This document shows, piece after piece, positions 29,332 through 38,605 of a DNA stretch of 64,000 bases. The position numbers were made by a program, and so were the translations under genes. A model generated the notes under the pieces. That model was not told the origin of the DNA and did not search any database. It saw only the letters and a program-made list of their open reading frames with translations. Source of the stretch: Terriglobia bacterium (lineage in GTDB: Bacteria > Acidobacteriota > Polarisedimenticolia > Polarisedimenticolales > JAIQFR01); contig CAVVHE010000004.1 of assembly GCA_963748015.1 (NCBI GenBank), positions 416,001 to 480,000 on the forward strand. Reading direction: 5' to 3'. Each line of letters opens with the position of its first letter. Position 1 is the first letter of the stretch.

Positions 29332-31023
29332 ATGAACCGCGACGAGATGGAACGGCACCTCCGGTGGCTGATGATCCTCAGGGTCGTCACCGTGACCGCC
29401 ATCCTCATCTCGGCGTTCGCCATCGAGCTGCTGCTCCGGCCCGGCGAGACCCTGCGGCCGCTCTTCGGCCTGTCGGCGGCCGCGTACGGCATGGTGCTGC
29501 TGTACGCGGCGCTCGACCGCTGGCTCAAGGGGCGGGGCGCCTTCGTCTTCCTCCAGCTCGCGGGCGACAGCCTCGTGGTCACCGGCTTCGTCCGGATCAC
29601 GGGCGGGATCGACAGCCCGATGTCGTTCCTGTACCTGCTGCCGATCATCGTCGCCGCGATGCTGCTCTACCGGAAGGGCGGATTGGCGTTCGCCGGCGTG
29701 TGCTGGGCGATGTACGCCGCGCTGGTCCTCTTCGGCGCCTCGTGGGGTCCGTGGGGGGTGGCGGCGGCCGCCGCCCGGGAGCCCGGGCGGGCCGGGTACT
29801 TCCTGGTGGTCCACCTGGTCGCGTTCGTCGCGGTGGCCCTCCTCGCGAGCTACCTGTCCGAGCGGCTCAGGGCCCAGGGGAGCGAGCTCGACGAGCGGCG
29901 AGGCGCCGTGGCCCGCCTCCAGGCGCTGAACGAGAACATCATCGAGTCCATCAACAGCGGGCTCGTCACGACCGACCTCGAGGGGCGGATCAATTTCATG
30001 AACCGGGGGGCCTCGGAGATCACGGGGTGCTCCGCGGCCGACGTCGCGGGCCGGCCGTTCGGTGAATGGCTCGGGGAGGGCGAGGACTTCCTCCGGACGA
30101 TCCGGAATCGGCTACTGGCCAACCGGCGGCACCGCTTCGAGCGCTACTTCGACACTCCGGACGGCCGCCGGCTCTTCCTGGGCATCGCGGTCTCGAACCT
30201 CCACGATCGGGCCGGTAGCCCGCTCGGCTACATCTTCATCTTCCAGGACCTGACCGAGATCCAGGCCCTCGAGCAGGAGGTCCGGCTCAAGGAGCGGATG
30301 GCCGCGCTCGGCGAGATGGCGGCGGGGATGGCCCACGAGCTCCGCAACCCCCTGGCCGCGATCAGCGGCGCGGTGCAGTACCTGAAGGGCCGTCTCGATT
30401 CGGACGGGGACACCCTGGAGCTGATGGACATCATCTTGCGGGAGTCCCAGCGGCTCGACCGGGCGATCCGCGACTTCCTCACGTTCGCCCGTCCGGGCAC
30501 GTTCGCTCCGGAGAGGTGCGACCTGGTCCGGCTGCTCGACGATCAGCTCAAGCTGTTGAGGAAGAGCCGGGAGATCTGCCGGGAGCACCGCATCGAGACC
30601 CGCTGGGCCTCCGAGCAGGTCTGGTGCGAGGCCGATCCCAACCGGATGAAGCAGGTCTTCTGGAACCTGGCCACCAACGCCCTCAAGGCGATGCCCCAGG
30701 GCGGAACGCTCTCTCTCTCGGTAGCCCCGATCCCGGCGGCGGGCCAGGTCGAGATCCTCTTCGTGGACGACGGGGTGGGCATGGACGAGAAGGACGTCGC
30801 CGCCTACTTCCAGCCGTTCCGCAGCCGCTTCGACGAAGGGACCGGGCTGGGTGCCGCCATCGTCTACCGCCTCGTGGAAGAGCACGGCGGCCGGATCGCC
30901 GTCGTGAGCCGGCCGGGGAAGGGGACGCAGGTGAAGATCCTCTTGCCGGTTCGTTCGAGGGCCGCCGCGGCGGCGGTCGCGCCGGTGCCCGAGCCGGCGT
31001 ACGCGGAAGGAGCGACGCGTTGA
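29332..31023 (+). CDS. pilS: Sensor histidine kinase PilS
   Basis: Multi-TM N-terminus, PAS, AHELRNPL, QVFWNL, DDGVG, GTGLG. Confidence 0.9.
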   Translation: MNRDEMERHLRWLMILRVVTVTAILISAFAIELLLRPGETLRPLFGLSAAAYGMVLLYAALDRWLKGRGAFVFLQLAGDSLVVTGFVRITGGIDSPMSFLYLLPIIVAAMLLYRKGGLAFAGVCWAMYAALVLFGASWGPWGVAAAAAREPGRAGYFLVVHLVAFVAVALLASYLSERLRAQGSELDERRGAVARLQALNENIIESINSGLVTTDLEGRINFMNRGASEITGCSAADVAGRPFGEWLGEGEDFLRTIRNRLLANRRHRFERYFDTPDGRRLFLGIAVSNLHDRAGSPLGYIFIFQDLTEIQALEQEVRLKERMAALGEMAAGMAHELRNPLAAISGAVQYLKGRLDSDGDTLELMDIILRESQRLDRAIRDFLTFARPGTFAPERCDLVRLLDDQLKLLRKSREICREHRIETRWASEQVWCEADPNRMKQVFWNLATNALKAMPQGGTLSLSVAPIPAAGQVEILFVDDGVGMDEKDVAAYFQPFRSRFDEGTGLGAAIVYRLVEEHGGRIAVVSRPGKGTQVKILLPVRSRAAAAAVAPVPEPAYAEGATR

Positions 31024-32504
31024 ACAGGATCCTGGTGGTCGAGGACGAGAAGAGCATGCGGGATCTGCTCGCGCTGATGCTGCGCAAGGAGGGGTACGAC
31101 GTCGATACGGCGGAGTCGGCGGTCGAGGCGCGCAGGCGGATGGAGGCCGGGCGCGACGGGGCCCCCGATCTCTTGATCAGCGACATCAGCATGCCGGGGA
31201 TGTCCGGGCTCGAGCTGCTCCGGTTCGTGCGGAAGGGGGCGCCCGAGACCGCGGTCATCCTGATGACGGCCTACGGCTCGAAGGAGACCGCGATCGAGGC
31301 GCTCAACGACGGCGCCCTGTACTACGTCGAGAAGCCGTTCGACCTCGACGAGGTGAAGGCCGTCGTCCGGAAGACGATGGAGCAGAAGCGGCTCGCGGCG
31401 GAGAACGAAGCGCTCCGCGTGCAGAACCGCGGGCTCCGCGCCGAGCTCGAGGAGAAGTACCGCTTCGACGGGCTCGTCGGCCGCAGCTCGAAGATGCGGG
31501 CGATCTTCGACCTGATCGAGCGCGTGGCCACGACGGGCAGCACCATCATGATCTCGGGGGAGTCCGGCACCGGGAAGGAGCTGATCGCGCGCGCGATCCA
31601 CTACAACTCCGGGCGCAAGGACGGCGCGTTCGTGTCCATCAACTGCGGCGCGCTTCCCGACGAGCTGCTCGAGAGCGAGCTGTTCGGCCACATGAAGGGA
31701 TCGTTCACCGGGGCCTCCGCGACCAAGAAGGGGCTGTTCGAGGTGGCGAGCGGCGGGACGATCTTCCTGGACGAGATCGGCGAGACCTCTCCCGCCATGC
31801 AGATCAAGCTCCTCCGCGTGCTGCAGGAGCGGAAGATCCGGCGCGTCGGCGGGACCGAGGAGATCGACGTCGACGTCCGGGTGATCACGGCGACGAACCA
31901 GGAACTCGAGAGGATGGTGCGGGAGAAGCGCTTCCGGGAAGACCTGTTCTACCGGATCAACGTGATCCCGATCCGGATGCCCGCGCTCCGCGAGAAGCCC
32001 GAGGACATCCCGGCGCTGGCCGACCACTTCCTGCAGAAGTACAAGCGGCAGATGGTCAAGGGGGTCGAGGGGATCTCGAAGGGCGCCATGGAATGTCTCG
32101 AGTCGTACCAGTGGCCCGGGAACGTGCGCGAGCTGGAGAACGTGCTGGAGAGGGCGGTCGCCCTCGAGACCGGCGAGACGATCCATCCCGAGAGCCTCCC
32201 GCGCGAGGTGAGGAACGGCAAGTTCCGCCGCGGCGAGGTGGACGTCGTCCTCCCGGAATCGGGGATCGACCTCGAGCGGCACCTCGAGGAGCTTCGCCGG
32301 CGCTTCATGATCGAGGCGATGGATCGGAGCGGCAGCGTGCAGACGCGGGCCGCGGAGATCCTGGGAATGACGTTCCGCTCGTTCCGCTACTTCGCGAAGA
32401 AGTACGGCCTCACGGTGAAGGACCCCGCACCCGGCACGGCCGGCGGTCTCGAGCACGACGAGGCCGAGGCCTGGGTGGCCCACGCCGGGGAGGCCGTCGA
32501 GTGA
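31020..32504 (+). CDS. pilR: Sigma54-dependent response regulator PilR
   Basis: Receiver ISDISMPG; GESGTGKE; ESELFGHMKGSFTGA; FLDEIGE; HTH MTFRSFRY. Confidence 0.92.
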   Translation: MNRILVVEDEKSMRDLLALMLRKEGYDVDTAESAVEARRRMEAGRDGAPDLLISDISMPGMSGLELLRFVRKGAPETAVILMTAYGSKETAIEALNDGALYYVEKPFDLDEVKAVVRKTMEQKRLAAENEALRVQNRGLRAELEEKYRFDGLVGRSSKMRAIFDLIERVATTGSTIMISGESGTGKELIARAIHYNSGRKDGAFVSINCGALPDELLESELFGHMKGSFTGASATKKGLFEVASGGTIFLDEIGETSPAMQIKLLRVLQERKIRRVGGTEEIDVDVRVITATNQELERMVREKRFREDLFYRINVIPIRMPALREKPEDIPALADHFLQKYKRQMVKGVEGISKGAMECLESYQWPGNVRELENVLERAVALETGETIHPESLPREVRNGKFRRGEVDVVLPESGIDLERHLEELRRRFMIEAMDRSGSVQTRAAEILGMTFRSFRYFAKKYGLTVKDPAPGTAGGLEHDEAEAWVAHAGEAVE

Positions 32505-32518
32505 CATTCGACGTCACT
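32500..32518. promoter_or_regulatory. Candidate PilR upstream activating sequence
   Basis: AGTGAC-N7-GTCACT inverted repeat about 130 bp upstream of the sigma54 site. Confidence 0.45.
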
Positions 32519-32646
32519 TCCGCCCCCGCGGAGACGACGGCGGTGGGCAGCCCGGCCAACGGGCGGAGCCGCGCGCCTCGAGGACGGCTTGATGCAACGA
32601 ACTGAAAACAAGCGAGATACGAGCCGCGATCCGTCGCGGCGAGGCA

Positions 32647-32662
32647 TGGCAAATCGTTTGCA
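32647..32662 (+). promoter_or_regulatory. Sigma54 (-24/-12) promoter of the pilin gene
   Basis: TGGCAAATCGTTTGCA: GG-N10-GC; followed by SD AAAGGAGG. Confidence 0.88.
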
Positions 32663-32699
32663 AAAGCAATCTGCGGACCTGAAAGGAGGCCTCCAAGCC

Positions 32700-33152
32700 A
32701 TGAAGAACCGGAACAAGGGATTCACGCTGATCGAGCTGCTCATCGTCGTCGCGATCATCGGCATCATCGCCGCCATCGCCATCCCGAACCTGCTGAACGC
32801 GATCGACCGCGGCAAGCAGAAGCGGAGCATGGCGGACCTCCGCTCCATCGGAACGGCGGTGGAGTCTTACGCCATCGACAACAACTACTACCCGGCCGCG
32901 ACCGACGTCGCGACGCTCGGCGCCGTGGCGACGAACGTGGTGCCGATCTACATCAAGACGATGCCGATCCAGGACGGCTGGCGGCACGACTTCTACGTCA
33001 ACTCGACGACCACGGGCTACACGCTCGCCTCCAGCGGCAAGGACGGCGGCGGCATCACCGGCTGGGCCGGCGGCGCCACGACGGACTTCAACGCGGCGAT
33101 CGTCTTCACCGCGGGCCAGTTCTCGCAGTGGCCCGAGGGCGTGCAGCAGTAA
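32700..33152 (+). CDS. pilA: Probable major pilin (class III signal, GspG-like head)
   Basis: MKNRNKG|FTLIELLIVVAIIGIIAAIAIP; DGW..Y..SSGKDG; downstream of pilR and a sigma54 promoter. Confidence 0.85.
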   Translation: MKNRNKGFTLIELLIVVAIIGIIAAIAIPNLLNAIDRGKQKRSMADLRSIGTAVESYAIDNNYYPAATDVATLGAVATNVVPIYIKTMPIQDGWRHDFYVNSTTTGYTLASSGKDGGGITGWAGGATTDFNAAIVFTAGQFSQWPEGVQQ

Positions 33153-33164
33153 GGTCTGCCTCCT

Positions 33165-33194
33165 GGCGGCGGGGGTGCTCCTGCCCCCGCCGCC
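33165..33194 (+). terminator. Hairpin after pilA
   Basis: GGCGGCGGGGG-N8-CCCCCGCCGCC; no U-tract. Confidence 0.5.
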
Positions 33195-33307
33195 TCCTCG
33201 TCTCCGACGGGCTCGCGGCGACCTCCCAAGCAGCCACAGCGCCGGCCCGCCGCAGGAGACGCCGGATGCGACGCGGCACCCGCGATCGACGCGGCCCGGG
33301 AGCACCG

Positions 33308-33757
33308 ATGATCCCCCAAGCGACAAGGCGAGAACGGGGTTTCACGCTGGTCGAACTGCTGGTCACGCTGGTGATCCTGGCCATCGTGCTCTCCATCGCG
33401 ATCGCGGCCCTCATGAACGCCTTGGACAAATCGAAGCAACGGGCTACCATGGCCGACATGAGGACCATCTCGAAGGCGCTGGAGGTCTACTCGGTGGACC
33501 ACGGCTACCTTCCGTCGGACGGCGGGGGAATGGGCGCCCTCCAGACCGTGCTGATTCCCTATCAGAGCAGCGTCGTCCCGGTGAAGGACGCCTGGGGGCA
33601 CCTGTACAGTTACTCCCGCGACAGCGTGGGGAACTACACCGTCGAGTCGTTCGGCAAGGACGGCGCGGACGGCGCGGCGATCACCGTGGCCACCCGGGAC
33701 GACTTCAACCGGGACATCGTCCTCGTGAATGGCCAGTTCGTGGCCGCTCCGCAGTAG
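33308..33757 (+). CDS. Second pilin/pseudopilin, paralog of pilA
   Basis: RRERG|FTLVELL; KQRATMADMR; DAWG..Y..ESFGKDG. Confidence 0.88.
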   Translation: MIPQATRRERGFTLVELLVTLVILAIVLSIAIAALMNALDKSKQRATMADMRTISKALEVYSVDHGYLPSDGGGMGALQTVLIPYQSSVVPVKDAWGHLYSYSRDSVGNYTVESFGKDGADGAAITVATRDDFNRDIVLVNGQFVAAPQ

Positions 33758-33791
33758 GCGCGCTCCGGCGAGTTTCTCGCCGGAGGCGTTC

Positions 33792-35465
33792 GTGCGTCCG
33801 GCCCGCCTCCTTCTCCCGATCCTGATCGTCCTCCTGCCCCTTCTGCCTCCCGAGACACGCGGCGAGTCCATGGCGGGCGCGGCCGTCTTGATCGCGCTCC
33901 TCGCGCTGCTCGTCCGCAAGACCGCCCCCGACGCGTCGGGGGCGATCGTGCTCGGGATAGCGATTTCCGCCGCGGCGGTGGTCTTCCTCTACCCGGCATC
34001 GGCCGCGGTACCCCTGGCCGTGGCGATCCTGGCGGGTGCCGCCGGCCTCCACGTCGCGGCCCTGCCCCGTGCCGCGCGCTGGAGCCCCTCCGTGCCGGCG
34101 TCGCTTGCGCTCGCGGGAGCGCTGGTTTCCCTTCACGCGCTGGGCCAGAAGCTCTGGGGTCTCCGCTCGCTCGCCGAGCAGGTCTCCGCCATGCAGGGCA
34201 TTCCGGATCGCGAGGCGATCCTCGCGCGTCTCGGCGACGGCAGGGCCTTCGCCGCGTTCCCGACGCCGGCCGCGCTGGGGGGGTTCCTGGCGCTCGCCCT
34301 GCCGGTGACCGTGGCCTTCGCGCTCGAGGCGCGACGGAGGGCCAGGATCGCGCTACTCGGCGCGGCGGCGCTCGAGCTGGCGGGGCTCCTGTGCTCGGCG
34401 TCCGCGACCGCCGCCGCGGCGCTCCTGGGCGCCCTCGCGCTCGCGGCGCTGTCGCGCAACGTCTCCCGCCGCGCTCTCGTCGCGGGGGGCCTCTGCGTTC
34501 TCCTCGTCATCGTCGCGATCGCGGTCATGCGCGGGAGCGAGGTGCTCGATCCGGATCATCCAGGAAGCCCCTGGGGGTTGAGGGCCGGCAACTTCCGCGC
34601 GGCCTGGGCGATGGCGGTGGACCATTCCTGGACCGGAGTCGCCCCCGGGGGGTTCGGGGGAGCCCTTCCCGCCTACCTGCGCCCGGGCGACAACGAGACC
34701 CGCTACGCGCACGATCTTCCGCTCCAGCTCGCGGCGGAAACCGGGTTCCCCGCCGCGGCCGTGCTCTCGATGCTGTTCCTCTCGCTGTTCCTGCGGCCGG
34801 TCTTCTCGCGGCGCGGCGAGGGGGCCCCGCGCTGGCTCGCCGGCGCGCGCATCGGACTCGCGGCGTTCGCCCTGCACAACCTGGCGGACTTCACCGCGTT
34901 CCTTCCCTCGATGCTGTGGATCTCCGCGCTGCTGCGCGGGGCCGCCTCGGAGGCGGCGGACGAGAAGCCCGCGGGGGAGCCGTCCCCCGGCAACGCCCTG
35001 CGACGGGGACTCCTCGCCGGGACGCTGGCAGCCGCCGCGGTGGCGGCCCTCGCCGGATTCGGCTGGAATGCGCGCGTCGAGGCGAGGCTGAGCCTCGCGG
35101 AGGGCGACTTCGACCGGGCGATCGCGGGCGCGCGGCGCGCCGCCGCGCTCGAGCCGTGGGATTCCGAGGCCGAGATCGCCCTCGCGCAGTCCTTGCTCGC
35201 GCGGGGGAGCGCCGCGCGGCCGGAATCGGGCGACCTTCGGGAGGCCCTCGAGGCGGCGGGCCGCGCGGTGTCGCTCGATCCGCGCCGGCCGGGAGCGAGG
35301 GACGCGAGGGGGCGCGCCCGCGCGGCGCTCGGCGATCTCCCCGGGGCCTACGCGGACTATTCCGAGGCCGCGCGACTCTATCCGTTGCGGGCGGAGTACT
35401 CCCGTCGGCGCGACGAGATGGCGGCCGCTCTTCCCGGGCGCTCCGCGCGGAAAGGGACGCCTTGA
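33792..35465 (+). CDS. O-antigen ligase/O-oligosaccharyltransferase-like membrane protein with C-terminal TPR (copy 1)
   Basis: Many TMs; GVAPGGF...YAHDLPLQLAAETG Wzy_C-like loop; helical-repeat tail. Confidence 0.75.
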   Translation: MRPARLLLPILIVLLPLLPPETRGESMAGAAVLIALLALLVRKTAPDASGAIVLGIAISAAAVVFLYPASAAVPLAVAILAGAAGLHVAALPRAARWSPSVPASLALAGALVSLHALGQKLWGLRSLAEQVSAMQGIPDREAILARLGDGRAFAAFPTPAALGGFLALALPVTVAFALEARRRARIALLGAAALELAGLLCSASATAAAALLGALALAALSRNVSRRALVAGGLCVLLVIVAIAVMRGSEVLDPDHPGSPWGLRAGNFRAAWAMAVDHSWTGVAPGGFGGALPAYLRPGDNETRYAHDLPLQLAAETGFPAAAVLSMLFLSLFLRPVFSRRGEGAPRWLAGARIGLAAFALHNLADFTAFLPSMLWISALLRGAASEAADEKPAGEPSPGNALRRGLLAGTLAAAAVAALAGFGWNARVEARLSLAEGDFDRAIAGARRAAALEPWDSEAEIALAQSLLARGSAARPESGDLREALEAAGRAVSLDPRRPGARDARGRARAALGDLPGAYADYSEAARLYPLRAEYSRRRDEMAAALPGRSARKGTP

Positions 35466-37366
35466 AGCGCGCGCTCCTTCCGGCCGGGATCGCGGCCCTG
35501 CTGCTGCTGGCGGCGCTGGGCGAGGGGGGCGCGTCCCCCGGCGGCCTGCTCGCGGTTCACGGCGGCGTCGTGGTCCTGGCGATGCTCGCGGTCCTGCTGC
35601 CTGCCGCTTCCCTGGAGCCGCGCCGCCCTTCGTCGCCCGCGTGGGCCGCGTTCGCCGCATTCGCGCTGCTGGCGGCGGCCGGATCCTGCCTCGCGCCGTA
35701 CCGGTTCGCCGCCTTCCTGGTGATGCAGGAGATCGCGGCGTTCGCCGCGGTGTCGTTCCTTGCCGCGCGATGCGGTCCGGCGCTGGCGAGCCGTCTGGGG
35801 ATGCCGCTTCTCGCCGGGGCGGCCGTCGAGGGGGTCGTCGCGCTCGTCCAGAGGATGGGCGGGGACCTGCGGCCGGCGGGGACGTTCCTGAACCCGAACC
35901 ACCTCGCCGCCTGGCTCGTGGCCGCGCTCCTGATCGGGGCCGGGACCGCGGGGACGGGCAGCGGGCGCCGGGCGGCCTGGTTGCGCGCGGCTCTCGCGGT
36001 GCCGGCCGTGCTCGCCCTGTTCGTCGTCGGGTCGAGGGGCGCTCTCGTCGCGCTGGCCGCGGGCGCGGCGACGCTTCTCGCGGGCTCGTGGAGGCGTCTC
36101 GCCCCCCGTCTCAGGGCCGGCCTCGCCGTGTCGGCCGCGGTGCTCGTGATCGCGGCTGGGGCAGGGGTCGCCGCGCGGTTCGAGAGGGGAGACGCCTTCC
36201 GCTACCAGCGGATCAGGATCTGGAAGGCCTGCGCCGGGGCGGTCGCCATGTCGCCCTGGACCGGCACCGGTCCCGGCCAGTTCGCGACCGCGGCGGCGAA
36301 TCTGAACTTCCCGATCTCCGAGGGACCGCTCCGCTTCTCCCGCTCGTTCCGATCCACCCATTCGGACCTGCTCCGCCTGCCCGCGGAGTTCGGCGTCCCC
36401 GCGGCCCTCGCGGCTCTCGCGGCGCTCGCCCTCGCCGCGCGCGAGATCGCGAGGCGGGCGAGAGTCGGGGCGCTTCCCGCCGGTGCTTCGGGGCCGATCG
36501 CGGCGCTCGTCGCGCTCGCGGTGCAGGCGGTCGTGGACAATCCCGGCGAGCGCCCCGCGCTCCACCTGCTCGCGGCCGCGCTCGTCGGCAGCTTGCTGTC
36601 GACGGAAGCGCAGGCGTCGCCGGCGAGGCCGAGAGCCGCGCTGCGCGCGACGCTCGTCGCAGCGCTCGCGGTGGTCTTCCTGGTCGGCGACGTCGCCCCG
36701 TACCTGGCGTGGCGCTCGGCGCGGGGGCTTCCGCGGGGCCGCCTCGACGCGGCGGGCAAGGATCGCCTCCGCGCGGCGCTCCGGTGGAACCCGTACCAGC
36801 CCGATCTCTGGCTGCGGCGGGCCGAGGATCTCGCGTCGGGCGACGATTTTCGCCCCGAGATCTACGCCGCGGCGCGCGAGGCCGCCGAGACGGCGGCCCG
36901 GCTCCAGCCGGCGGACGCGCGCTACCGGACCGGGATCGCCCGTGTCGAGTCCGTGGCGTGCAGGGCGCTGTTCCGCGACGAGGCGACGCGCGCCCGGGCC
37001 GCCGCGCGCTACGACGAGGCGATCGAGCGGTCGAGGCACGATCCGTTCGCGCCGATCGAGAAGGGGGGATTCCTGCTCGATACGGGCGATCCCGCCGGCG
37101 CCCGCCGCGCGGCGGAGCAAGCGCTCCGGATCGAGCCGGAGGCCGTGCCGGCGCGCCTGCTGCTCGCCGAGGCCATTCTCGCCGAAGGGACGCCGGGAGC
37201 GGCCGAGCGGGCCGCGAGCCTCATCGCCGAGGCGGAGGAGGGCGCGCGCCGCTGGGCCGCGTGGCCCAGGGAGTCGCCCTACGAGGCCCACCTGCTCTCG
37301 CTCGACGCCGCCCGGGTCCGCGCCATCAGGAGCCGCCTGCCGGACGCCAACGCCGGGCTTCGGTAG
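35462..37366 (+). CDS. O-antigen ligase/O-oligosaccharyltransferase-like membrane protein with C-terminal TPR (copy 2)
   Basis: RPAGTFLNPNHLA, GSRGA, RIRIW, GTGPGQF, STHSDLL..AEFG. Confidence 0.82.
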   Translation: MKRALLPAGIAALLLLAALGEGGASPGGLLAVHGGVVVLAMLAVLLPAASLEPRRPSSPAWAAFAAFALLAAAGSCLAPYRFAAFLVMQEIAAFAAVSFLAARCGPALASRLGMPLLAGAAVEGVVALVQRMGGDLRPAGTFLNPNHLAAWLVAALLIGAGTAGTGSGRRAAWLRAALAVPAVLALFVVGSRGALVALAAGAATLLAGSWRRLAPRLRAGLAVSAAVLVIAAGAGVAARFERGDAFRYQRIRIWKACAGAVAMSPWTGTGPGQFATAAANLNFPISEGPLRFSRSFRSTHSDLLRLPAEFGVPAALAALAALALAAREIARRARVGALPAGASGPIAALVALAVQAVVDNPGERPALHLLAAALVGSLLSTEAQASPARPRAALRATLVAALAVVFLVGDVAPYLAWRSARGLPRGRLDAAGKDRLRAALRWNPYQPDLWLRRAEDLASGDDFRPEIYAAAREAAETAARLQPADARYRTGIARVESVACRALFRDEATRARAAARYDEAIERSRHDPFAPIEKGGFLLDTGDPAGARRAAEQALRIEPEAVPARLLLAEAILAEGTPGAAERAASLIAEAEEGARRWAAWPRESPYEAHLLSLDAARVRAIRSRLPDANAGLR

Positions 37367-37463
37367 CCGCGCTCCCGACGCGGTCGGGAATCGCAACCGA
37401 GACGCTATGATGGGGCGCCGCGTCCGCCGGCGACGGACGCGCGGTCGGCGAGAGGGGAGGAAG

Positions 37464-38576
37464 GTGCGGCGTCTTCGAATCCTGTACGCGGCCGGGGTCA
37501 CCCCGAACGCGCCGGGGCTGCCCGCGTCTCGGCTGTGGGAGGTCAACCTCAGGGACTCGCTCGTGGCGATGGGACACGAGCTGATCCCGGTCGACGCCGA
37601 CATCGACGCCTGCTTCGCGGCGGCGGAGGACCCCGCGGCCCTGGCGCGGCTGCGGCCGGTGGTGACGCGGGCGGTGCTCGACACGCTCGAGCGGGCGAGG
37701 GCGGGCGGGCCGGTCGACCTCTTCTTCTCGTATTTCTACACCGGCTTCGTCGAGCCGAGGGCGATCGAGGCGATCCGCCGCGGCGGCGTCCTGACGGTCA
37801 ATTTCTCCTGCAACAACATCCACCAGTTCGATCTCGTGCGGGAGATCGCCCCGCTCTACGACGCGGCCATGGTCCCGGAGCGCGAGGCCCTGGACCACTT
37901 CCGGCGCGCGGGGGCTCGCCCGATCCACGTTCCGATGGGGGCCAACCCGGACATCTACCGGCCGTACGACGTTCCGAGGGACGTGGACGTGTCGTTCGTG
38001 GGCCAGAGGTACGCCGATCGCGCGGACTTCGTGCACCACCTCGCCGCGAACGGCCTGGACGTCCGGGCGTGGGGGCCCGGCTGGGCCCCCGCGACGGGGA
38101 GCGCGAGATTGCGCCGGGCGGTCCGCCGAACGCTCGACCGCTGCCGGGTCTCCTGGGGGCCCGAGGCCGAGCGCCTGCTGCGGCGCGTTTCGGGGCCGCC
38201 CCTTCCCGACGAGGATCTCGTGCGCCTCTACAGCCGCTCCGGCATCAGCCTGGGCTTCGGCGTGGTCGGCGATACGCACCTCGGCGCTCCTCGATACCAG
38301 GTGCGCCTCCGCGACTTCGAGGCGCCCATGAGCGGGGCGTGCTATCTGGCCCAGCACTTCGACGAGCTGGCGGAGTACTACCGCATCGGCGAGGAGATCG
38401 ACACCTTTCGCGACCGCGACGAGCTCCTCGAAAAGGCGCGATTCTATCTTGGCCACCCCGAGCGCGCGGAAGCCGTCCGGCGCGCGGGGCGCGAGCGGGC
38501 ACTCCGGGATCACACGTGGACGGCGCGCTTCGGCATGCTCTTCCGCGAGATGGGGCTGGCGGCCGGAGCGCCCTGA
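37464..38576 (+). CDS. Glycosyltransferase, CgeB/YkvP-like
   Basis: DVSFVGQRY, LYSRSGISL, RDFEAPMSG, RALRDHTW. Confidence 0.82.
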   Translation: MRRLRILYAAGVTPNAPGLPASRLWEVNLRDSLVAMGHELIPVDADIDACFAAAEDPAALARLRPVVTRAVLDTLERARAGGPVDLFFSYFYTGFVEPRAIEAIRRGGVLTVNFSCNNIHQFDLVREIAPLYDAAMVPEREALDHFRRAGARPIHVPMGANPDIYRPYDVPRDVDVSFVGQRYADRADFVHHLAANGLDVRAWGPGWAPATGSARLRRAVRRTLDRCRVSWGPEAERLLRRVSGPPLPDEDLVRLYSRSGISLGFGVVGDTHLGAPRYQVRLRDFEAPMSGACYLAQHFDELAEYYRIGEEIDTFRDRDELLEKARFYLGHPERAEAVRRAGRERALRDHTWTARFGMLFREMGLAAGAP

Positions 38577-38605
38577 TCCGGCGGGTCAGCCGGGGAGGGC
38601 AACGC

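Noticed and set aside
25137..31023. Apparent 974-aa fusion ORFs ending in PilT and PilS, and similar N-terminal extensions on SecF, AsnB and several GTs
   Set aside because: The extensions are off-frame read-through of upstream genes; real starts with SD or stop/start overlap lie downstream.
31670..31720. GSFTGA in PilR as a sign of inactivity
   Set aside because: GSFTGA is a common functional variant of GAFTGA, and a good sigma54 promoter follows.
32700..33152. Geobacter-like conductive e-pilin
   Set aside because: The N-terminus is similar, but positions 24 and 27 are Leu and Ala and there is no aromatic residue between F1 and Y50.
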